This document shows, one piece after another, positions 7,593 through 13,608 of a DNA stretch of 13,608 nucleotides (position 1 is its first letter; every line of letters begins with the position of its first letter). The notes beneath the pieces were generated by a model. It did not search any database, had not been told where the DNA came from, and saw only the letters and a program-made list of their open reading frames with translations. The position numbers were made by a program, and so were the translations under genes. Location: assembly GCA_049423385.1 (NCBI GenBank), contig JBMSQQ010000092.1:1-13608 (forward strand). Reading direction: 5' to 3'. Source of the stretch: Silvanigrellaceae bacterium (GTDB taxonomy: Bacteria > Bdellovibrionota_B > Oligoflexia > Silvanigrellales > Silvanigrellaceae).

Positions 7593-8621
7593 TCAAAAAT
7601 CCATTCCATAGAACAACTTGATGGACATCAATGGGAAAGAGACGCTAACCATCTTGTTCAATGCGATGCTGGGACCTTCTGCGATAAGACGCGTACCAAA
7701 GAAGGAATTGTCGAGGCGGTACTCCGACCCAAAAACAACGTTGACGTGTATGATGGGTTCCTGAGCCCCTTCTCCTCTTGAGAAAGCGTTGTTTGTTGTT
7801 GCAACTGAAACTTTCCCTGCTCCGTATCCAGCGCCTCCGCCTCCGGTCAGGGAAAATGGTCCGCTCCGAAAGGTATAAATATATCCGCCATTCGCTGTCA
7901 GGCTTTGAACTGTCACGCCTCGAACGGTGTTGATGGACTCCCATCTTTCGCGAAACGCGATTGGTAAAAACTCGCGCTCAGCCGAAAAATCGATGTCGTC
8001 ATATGAGCCATAGACAAAAAAAGAACCCTCGGATGTTTCCTGGCGAACGCCACTTTTCACGATTGTGTCGATGTCGAATTTGTCGTTGAAAAAGTAATAA
8101 ACGCTGCCGACAATCTGTTTCAGGCTGAGGGAATCGTGGAAACGCTCTGCTGAAGTCAGGGATGTTGCTTCTACTTCGCCGATGCGATCAACATAAAATC
8201 CTTTTTGCGTGCCATACATGCCATAGAAAAAATACTGACCCATGCGATAATTGAGGTTGAGGAATGTGCCTGATGATTTCATGTAGTCGGAAAGTGGTTT
8301 TCTTCCGGCAGATGTTGTTATTTTTTGTCCGCTGCTTGCAAATTTCAGCGAGCCACCGACTCCCTTGAATGCAACTTCAAGGCCAAAGTCGATCGCCGAG
8401 CCACCTTTGTAATCGATTTTGGATTTTGAGTTGGAAGAGGAAGATGTGTCGCCATCTTCACTGAACGATACGTTGATTGCTCCACCCTCTGCGAAGAGGG
8501 TGGTCGTCAGTCCCGATTTGTCTTCTTGAAAATTTTTCTTTGTCTTTTCTTCATTTGATTGCGCAACCGACAAAGCAGGAAAGCAAAATGCGAAAAGAAA
8601 AATTCCAGAGATACGTTTCAT
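7593..8621 (-). CDS. Outer-membrane beta-barrel protein, DUF4421-like (342 aa)
   Basis: ATG 8621 with AAGGA SD; signal peptide MKRISGIFLFAFCFPALSVA|Q. YYFFNDKF...RQETSEGSF resembles the DUF4421 'YIFN..KFS...RQ..SAGS' motif. Alternating beta strands and a terminal LFYGMDF BAM signal. Confidence 0.75.
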   Translation of the reverse strand: MKRISGIFLFAFCFPALSVAQSNEEKTKKNFQEDKSGLTTTLFAEGGAINVSFSEDGDTSSSSNSKSKIDYKGGSAIDFGLEVAFKGVGGSLKFASSGQKITTSAGRKPLSDYMKSSGTFLNLNYRMGQYFFYGMYGTQKGFYVDRIGEVEATSLTSAERFHDSLSLKQIVGSVYYFFNDKFDIDTIVKSGVRQETSEGSFFVYGSYDDIDFSAEREFLPIAFRERWESINTVRGVTVQSLTANGGYIYTFRSGPFSLTGGGGAGYGAGKVSVATTNNAFSRGEGAQEPIIHVNVVFGSEYRLDNSFFGTRLIAEGPSIALNKMVSVSFPLMSIKLFYGMDF

Positions 8622-8704
8622 TTGTGATTCCTTTTGTCGATTCAGACAGCCTCTTTTGGGTGGTCGCACACGACGGCATCCGGGAGTGAAGAATTGTATC
8701 AACA

Positions 8705-8753
8705 GGTAAAAGACATTTTACATAAAGCTAGTGATATTGTGTTATTGAGTCAA
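8705..8753 (-). promoter_or_regulatory. Candidate sigma-70 promoter with overlapping palindromic operator upstream of the DUF4421-like gene
   Basis: Minus strand TTGACT (8753-8748)-N17-TAGCTT (8730-8725). Palindrome GTAAAA-gaca-TTTTAC at 8706-8721. Confidence 0.45.
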
Positions 8754-9030
8754 ATTCTAAAGCTTCCACCCATGACGCCGAACCTTATCTCGGGGAGAGG
8801 AAGCGTGCCCTTTGGGGACTCTCTCGGTGATTTGTAGGCCTGCATTTGTAGGGGAGTTGTTTCCTGAAGATGTGTATGGCTTGGGATGCGGGGGCGTTAT
8901 GAATCCTCGAACAGACTCGTCCTGATGTGATGTAGCGGAAGCAGCGAAATCGCTCCGCTGGAACATGTTCAGGCTCACTTGGGTGATCCATGTGGGCCTG
9001 ATTTTTTTTGCTCAAAAATTTCCGCATCCA

Positions 9031-9753
9031 TCAGTCTTCGGCAAGCATCCAGCCAACGCAGTTCGTCGCGTGGGTTTCGATCGTGTCCAACATTGGAATT
9101 GATCGCGTGCCGGATGATGTTTTCGAGGCCCACTCTCGACTCGATATCAGCAGGCCGATCTCGGTGCACCCGAGCACGATGGCATCGACTCCTTGTGACA
9201 CGAGGTTCTCAAAGCATTTCGCGAATTCATTCATGCTCTCGGGGAGAAAGATTCCTTGGACGAGCTCGTTGTAAACGATTGAAGCGGTACGCGTGAGGTG
9301 TGGTTGATGTGGGATGGCGATTTTAAATCCTGCTCTTTCATATTGCGCGCGATAGACAGGATCTTGCATCGTGTATCGTGTGCCTGTCAGGCCAACCCTC
9401 GTGGCACCCAGCAGGCGAAGTTTGTTGAAAATGGAATCGTAGAGACTGATGTGTTTGATTCCGATTTCCGCCTCAACGATGTCTCCAAGCCATGTGAGAG
9501 TGTGCGATGCTATAATGAAGCTTTGGCAACCGGCGGCCTTGAGCCTTTGACCTTCTTTTAAGAAAGCATCAATCAGCGCTTTGTTTGTTTTGTCCTTTTG
9601 CCATTCCAACAGATCCGCGAAATCGACGCTGGACAAAACGATGCGTGCGCTGTGTCGATGTCCCAAACTGCGAGCGACACTTTCGTTGAGGAGTTTGTAG
9701 TACTGGGCAGTCGAGTGCCAGCTGACCCCACCAATGATACCCAGCGTTCGCAT
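9031..9753 (-). CDS. Aspartate/glutamate-family amino acid racemase (YgeA/RacX-like), 240 aa
   Basis: MRTLGIIGGVSWHST..YY..LN..V...LG..HSA.I.L.SVDF, VGLTGTRYTM, IVYNELVQG, DAIVLGCTEIGLLI and DT...HA. AAGGAG SD before ATG 9753. Confidence 0.93.
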   Translation of the reverse strand: MRTLGIIGGVSWHSTAQYYKLLNESVARSLGHRHSARIVLSSVDFADLLEWQKDKTNKALIDAFLKEGQRLKAAGCQSFIIASHTLTWLGDIVEAEIGIKHISLYDSIFNKLRLLGATRVGLTGTRYTMQDPVYRAQYERAGFKIAIPHQPHLTRTASIVYNELVQGIFLPESMNEFAKCFENLVSQGVDAIVLGCTEIGLLISSREWASKTSSGTRSIPMLDTIETHATNCVGWMLAED

Positions 9754-9759
9754 TCGCGC

Positions 9760-9830
9760 TCCTTGGTTCGATGTGCACCGTTGAAAACAGTCTCGGAACG
9801 GTGCCTGCAATTCCCACTTCGAACCAAGGA
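9760..9830 (-). promoter_or_regulatory. Long stem-loop in the racemase 5' leader that includes the Shine-Dalgarno
   Basis: Perfect 12-bp inverted repeat TCCTTGGTTCGA (9760-9771)/TCGAACCAAGGA (9819-9830) enclosing a perfect 8-bp inverted repeat GCACCGTT (9775-9782)/AACGGTGC (9797-9804). Confidence 0.65.
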
Positions 9831-9857
9831 TGCCACGAAGTCGATGGCCCGGGCCAA

Positions 9858-10571
9858 TCAGCGGTTCGATTTTTGGTACACAACTTTTCCGGATTGGATG
9901 ACGCGATAAACAATGTGCGTGCTGGCAGGCGTTGCCTTGCACCATGCGACGTGGTCTTTGAAGCGTTGTTCCGCCTGCGCAAGGTCGTGTTCTGGATCCC
10001 CAAAGGCTTCGCCCCAGGTGTCCTCAACGTCGTTGACGTTTGCAATTCCCAAAGGAGCGCAGAAGCCAAGGATGGTGAACCGCGCAATCTTTCCATTGTC
10101 GCCGGATTTCAAGGTGATGGATTTTCCGGTGGGGCCAACGTAGGTTGATTTTGCTGTTTGCCCTGGTGCATTTTGGCAGAATTGGGCGAACTGAACTGCC
10201 CGAAGTCTGCAGGCTTCTGCTTGATAGGTTTGTCCAAGCTGCAGCAATGGCAAGAATGATCCATAGGCAGTTGCAACAGATTCATTGATCACCTTGGCTG
10301 CGACTTTCCCATTTGCGCAGACGGGAAGTTCGATACGGCATGTGGCGCCGTTCACGCTCAGCCCGAAAGACGATGCTTCGCCCTGACCGTCTGGAAAGGA
10401 AACTTCGCCCAAGGGCTGATTCATGCCAATGACAGGCGAGTCTGTGCTGGAATCCGAGTTCTTGAATCGATTGTGGTTCTCTGTTGTTCCACAGCCAACG
10501 ACGAGGGCCAGTGCACTCATCAAGGTTGAACCCAAAACCATTGTAGACTTGCTGTTGCGAACTGTGACCAT
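9858..10571 (-). CDS. Hypothetical lipoprotein with two copies of a Cys-containing domain (237 aa)
   Basis: GGAGGA SD before ATG 10571; lipobox LALVVG|C; Ser/Asp-rich tether; internal duplication (see findings). Confidence 0.85.
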   Translation of the reverse strand: MVTVRNSKSTMVLGSTLMSALALVVGCGTTENHNRFKNSDSSTDSPVIGMNQPLGEVSFPDGQGEASSFGLSVNGATCRIELPVCANGKVAAKVINESVATAYGSFLPLLQLGQTYQAEACRLRAVQFAQFCQNAPGQTAKSTYVGPTGKSITLKSGDNGKIARFTILGFCAPLGIANVNDVEDTWGEAFGDPEHDLAQAEQRFKDHVAWCKATPASTHIVYRVIQSGKVVYQKSNR

Positions 10572-10620
10572 GTATTCCTCCATTTTGCTTTTTTGTCTCA
10601 TACCGTCAGAGACAATAATC

Positions 10621-10647
10621 TCTTCGTATTTTTTGAAATAAACTTGA
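10621..10647 (-). promoter_or_regulatory. Weak candidate sigma-28 promoter for the 9858-10571 lipoprotein
   Basis: Minus strand TCAAGTTT-N11-TACGAAGA: good -35 and spacing, degenerate -10. Confidence 0.3.
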
Positions 10648-10953
10648 ATGAATTACATTAAGTACTCAGAAATATGATGTTTCTTTTTTATCAACGAGAG
10701 ACAAAAATGGTCATTTTTAATAAGAATACGAATTACAAATTCAGAAAGTTTAGAATAATTCTGTCCCTCAATTTCCAAGTCTTCTTTGGTTTCATTGCCG
10801 GAGTTGATGAATTGACGTTTTACTCCCGACATAAAATCTCGTGATTTCAGAATATTGTAGCGTAGACGTTATGGATCTTTATGACTCGTGTTTTCATATT
10901 TTCACGATTTCAGTAGACTTTTAAAAAGACGTCATCGAAGGAAAAACACTTCC

Positions 10954-11589
10954 ATGCAAAGTTTGGGTCGTAGGGTCCTGCCCTGTTTGAAGAGCTTTTT
11001 GTTTCTGTTGCTCACTCTTGCAGTCAGTCATTTCCGTCCCGACGCAGCTTGGGCAACGCCGGGCGACACCACCCTGACTCAACGCGCAGGGTTCGTGATG
11101 AGCAAGGGAGATTTGTCGAGGGATCCAAATCACCTGGGATTGATGCTGACCTGGACCCGCGCGTTTGCCGGACCAATAAAGTTTCTCAACATGGAATTGA
11201 TGCATCGCGTTTCAGTTCTCTACGACAGCTTCTATGCTCTCGGAGAAGATTCGCTTCTGTTTCCGCTTCTTCCTCATGCACAGACTAGAATTGTCGAACC
11301 ATCGATCCAATTTGAACTTTGTCTGTTTTCCCAGTACCGCCTGAGGCCTTGCTTGGGGACCGGCGTTTCGTTGGTTTACCTTCAAAGTTCAATTCAAAAT
11401 TACCAGATGTATGCGTCTGCTCCTGCCGAGGCTCGTCTGTTGTATGCAAATGCCGAAAGGACGTTTTTCTTTGAGGCTGGGGCGCGCTACAGATCCTTCC
11501 AAAACAGAATTGAGGGCTATGTTGCCAAGCATGCCGATCTGATGTCGTTCGTTGGCATTGGCCTGTTCTTTCCGGGCGATGGTTTGTGA
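10954..11589 (+). CDS. Hypothetical exported protein, probable small outer-membrane beta-barrel (211 aa)
   Basis: Signal peptide ending DAAWA|T. Amphipathic strands LRPCLGTGVSLVY, FFFEAGARYRSF and SFVGIGLFF are typical of OmpA/OmpW-like barrels. The start is uncertain (GTG 10888 is an alternative). Confidence 0.7.
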   Translation: MQSLGRRVLPCLKSFLFLLLTLAVSHFRPDAAWATPGDTTLTQRAGFVMSKGDLSRDPNHLGLMLTWTRAFAGPIKFLNMELMHRVSVLYDSFYALGEDSLLFPLLPHAQTRIVEPSIQFELCLFSQYRLRPCLGTGVSLVYLQSSIQNYQMYASAPAEARLLYANAERTFFFEAGARYRSFQNRIEGYVAKHADLMSFVGIGLFFPGDGL

Positions 11590-11716
11590 GGCAGGAGTAG
11601 CCTGAGTTCCTCTGCCCAATCCGGGCCTGAATTTAGAACATACCAGAATCATTTTATTAATTTGAAGCTTTTAATACTTCTCATGGGTCTGCCCAAAAAC
11701 TCCGAGATCAGACGAA

Positions 11717-12940
11717 ATGTCCGGTGCGGGGGTTGGAATGTTCCTGGTGAAATCGTCCGCTTCGAAGAAACCGGGTTCTCTTCATCGAATTCATGGGTCA
11801 GCCGGATTGTTTTCCGGAGCACTTGTCTGTTTCTCTTTTCTCGGTGGATGTCGGAGCCCCGACAATCGAAACGATTCCGGCACTCAGAAAACCGACTGTG
11901 CTGTGACTGCCACAAAAAATGAGTCGAGCAATCTGGCTTCGTCGACAAATAAAAAAGGACTGGGACTTGTGATGCCAGAGTCCGCGCCAGTCTCGAGCGG
12001 AGGCAACGTCTTGGCCAGCGGAGTTTCTGCCGGCGAATCAAGCACGGCCATTTCCCTGGATGACGTGACACAAGCCACAGTTGGTCTGCAAATCAAGTTG
12101 ACGACCATCGACAATGAAATCATCCGTTCCATCTGTACGGGAGTTCTGATTGGCAAAAATACGCTGGTCACGGCAGCACATTGTCTGGCCCCTCCGTCTG
12201 TGCGTCCCATGGCCGAACTGAGTGGATATATTATTCTGGCAACAGGATTCGACACTGCACGGGGCCCGGAAATTTTTGAAATCGACAAGACTGCGGTCCA
12301 TCCGGATTGGAATGGTGTTTACAACGACATCGCCGTGGTTTTTTCCAAAAAACCGTTCCCGGACGACAGAAAGGCAGTTTCTGTTGAACCAAAGTCGACT
12401 GAAGTTGTTCCTGGGAATCCTGTCGTTTTGGTCGGCTATGGGACAACCGGAGATGGAAAATCCGACGGAGGTGTTTCTCGTCGGGGTGAATCCTTTGTTC
12501 ACAGCATGATCAACAGAATCAACTATCCAGAGAGCATTTTGCAGAACCAGGTTCGCATCAAGGGCACACCGGATACGAGTGCTGGTGCTTGCACCGGTGA
12601 TTCTGGCGGGCCTTCGTTCGTGAAATCCAGTTTGCGGCTGCTCGGCATTGTATCGGGCATGAATCTGTCTATTCAGGGCAGCATGGAATGCAAGAATCGC
12701 GACGCAAACTATACAATCGTTGAAAGTTATATGCCTTGGCTTGAATTGGTGACTGGCCAGAAGCCGTCGATGGTGAATTCATTTGTCTCGATGAAGGAAC
12801 TGCAGCCTGCCGTGATTTCAGCAGACGCAATCTCGGCGGTTGGTTTTGTTGTCAAACCACCTGCCAAGGATTCAATGCAGAAGAACGACAATTCGGGTCT
12901 TAAAAGCGAGGACTCAACTGCCAACAAGGGTGGTTGTTGA
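11717..12940 (+). CDS. S1 (trypsin/chymotrypsin-like) serine protease, lipoprotein
   Basis: CTGVLIG.NTLVTAAHC (His), NDIAVV (Asp), VGYG and ACTGDSGGP (Ser); lipobox FLGG|C. ATG 11738 is an equally plausible start. Confidence 0.94.
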   Translation: MSGAGVGMFLVKSSASKKPGSLHRIHGSAGLFSGALVCFSFLGGCRSPDNRNDSGTQKTDCAVTATKNESSNLASSTNKKGLGLVMPESAPVSSGGNVLASGVSAGESSTAISLDDVTQATVGLQIKLTTIDNEIIRSICTGVLIGKNTLVTAAHCLAPPSVRPMAELSGYIILATGFDTARGPEIFEIDKTAVHPDWNGVYNDIAVVFSKKPFPDDRKAVSVEPKSTEVVPGNPVVLVGYGTTGDGKSDGGVSRRGESFVHSMINRINYPESILQNQVRIKGTPDTSAGACTGDSGGPSFVKSSLRLLGIVSGMNLSIQGSMECKNRDANYTIVESYMPWLELVTGQKPSMVNSFVSMKELQPAVISADAISAVGFVVKPPAKDSMQKNDNSGLKSEDSTANKGGC

Positions 12941-13037
12941 ATAGGAGTCAATTCCTTCGAAGGATCCAGTCAATGCGCCTCTCCACTCTCGGCAGTCAAA
13001 GCCAGTGCGGACTTCGCAGTGGTAAGACAATCACTCA

Positions 13038-13442
13038 TCATGAGACATTGTCGAACTCAGGAACAGCCGCTTCTTCAAACCACAGGGGACGACGGCAATC
13101 CGACTCACCGTTGTAGTTGGTCAGGATCTCTTCTCCCTCGCGAATGTCACGAATCGCGATGAAACGAATTTTCATTTCGGAGTGCAGCCGAATATATCGA
13201 GCATTCGGACTCGTGGAAGAATGGTTGTAGAGTGAACCTGTGCCCAGACAAATCGCACAGCACTCCTCTCCATTCAGTTTCCATTGGAAAAAGTATTCGA
13301 AAAGGACAGTTTCCTTGATTGCCCTGAGTTGATTTGGCGGAACAACGATGACACAAGCATCCTCCAGGATTGTTCCTGCAGGAATGAATTGGCTGGCAAA
13401 CATGCCCCGTCCGCGATTTTCGGTGTAGTCAACTCTCAGCAT
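13038..13442 (-). CDS. Stand-alone SET-domain protein-lysine methyltransferase (134 aa)
   Basis: RGRGMFA...IPAG..LE, GSLYNHS...PNA and A.RDI.EGEEI..NY motifs; no Cys-rich post-SET domain. Confidence 0.93.
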   Translation of the reverse strand: MLRVDYTENRGRGMFASQFIPAGTILEDACVIVVPPNQLRAIKETVLFEYFFQWKLNGEECCAICLGTGSLYNHSSTSPNARYIRLHSEMKIRFIAIRDIREGEEILTNYNGESDCRRPLWFEEAAVPEFDNVS

Positions 13443-13466
13443 GATGCGAGGGTATCACTTGCAGGT

Positions 13467-13607
13467 TCAGTTTTGTATTTCTTTCGCCAAAGCACAGACT
13501 ACAAGGCCAATGTTGTGGTCTCGAACAAAGGATGAGGTACCGGACAGTCCAAGAGGAAATCCTTTGCCCCCGGTATGCTCCCGGTAGCTTCCCCAGAAAT
13601 TCATTTC
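13467..13607 (-). CDS. Possible 3' end of an upstream gene running in from the window edge
   Basis: An open frame EMNFWGSYREHTGGKGFPLGLSGTSSFVRDHNIGLVVCALAKEIQN* ends 24 nt before the SET start. No family recognised. Confidence 0.3.
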   Translation of the reverse strand, partial: EMNFWGSYREHTGGKGFPLGLSGTSSFVRDHNIGLVVCALAKEIQN

Positions 13608-13608
13608 T

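Noticed and set aside
8925..8960. GGAAGCAGC, as in SRP RNA helix 8
   Set aside because: The required upstream CAGG...GGAA tetraloop arm is absent.
9569..10148. Long alternative ORFs (175 aa, 125 aa) and the 64-aa N-terminal extension of the racemase
   Set aside because: They overlap well-supported genes and have no SD or motifs; racemase homology begins at ATG 9753.
12935..12967. Cys-TGA followed by the palindrome TCCTTCGAAGGA, a possible selenocysteine/SECIS
   Set aside because: The stem is very short, S1 proteases are not known selenoproteins, and read-through would run antisense into the SET gene.
919..13535. Remaining short antisense or out-of-frame ORFs in the track
   Set aside because: Nested in stronger genes, with biased composition and no recognisable domains.
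13579..13595. TCCCGGTAGCTTCCCCA resembles the tmRNA 3' end TCCCGGCACCTCCACCA (13/17), a possible attR
   Set aside because: Four scattered mismatches, no integrase in the window, and it lies in an open frame on the minus strand; compatible with chance.
1..13608. CRISPR array, IS, integron cassette array, prophage, retron/RT or defence operon
   Set aside because: No regularly spaced repeats, attC-like series, recombinase, transposase, RT, nuclease or phage genes were seen.

Overview
The window opens with a complete tmRNA gene (ssrA, 1-357; tag (A)GNDYALAA) followed by 13 supportable protein genes of mixed orientation. These are an exported multi-SH3b/DUF3015-like protein, yjdM/phnA, a small Cys-rich lipoprotein, an old-yellow-enzyme alkene reductase divergent from a Cys-glutathione peroxidase, a short beta-propeller-like lipoprotein divergent from an HSL-family esterase lipoprotein, a DUF4421-like outer-membrane barrel, a YgeA/RacX-type racemase, a lipoprotein with a duplicated Cys domain, a small outer-membrane barrel, an S1 serine protease lipoprotein and a stand-alone SET-domain protein. 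Eight of the 13 proteins look exported. Together with the tag peptide this suggests a Bdellovibrionota/Oligoflexia-like organism (inference). I found no integrase, transposase, CRISPR array or defence operon, and I cannot support a single multi-gene novel system. The best leads are: a long hairpin that buries the racemase Shine-Dalgarno, with that racemase carrying an atypical Ser-His-Thr catalytic motif; back-to-back sigma-28-like promoters; the SH3b x4 + DUF3015-like fusion; a duplicated disulfide domain with correlated Cys loss; a protease ending in GGC-stop; and a hairpin-rich ORF-poor stretch at about 2980-3160. All family calls come from motif recognition by eye, not database searches.
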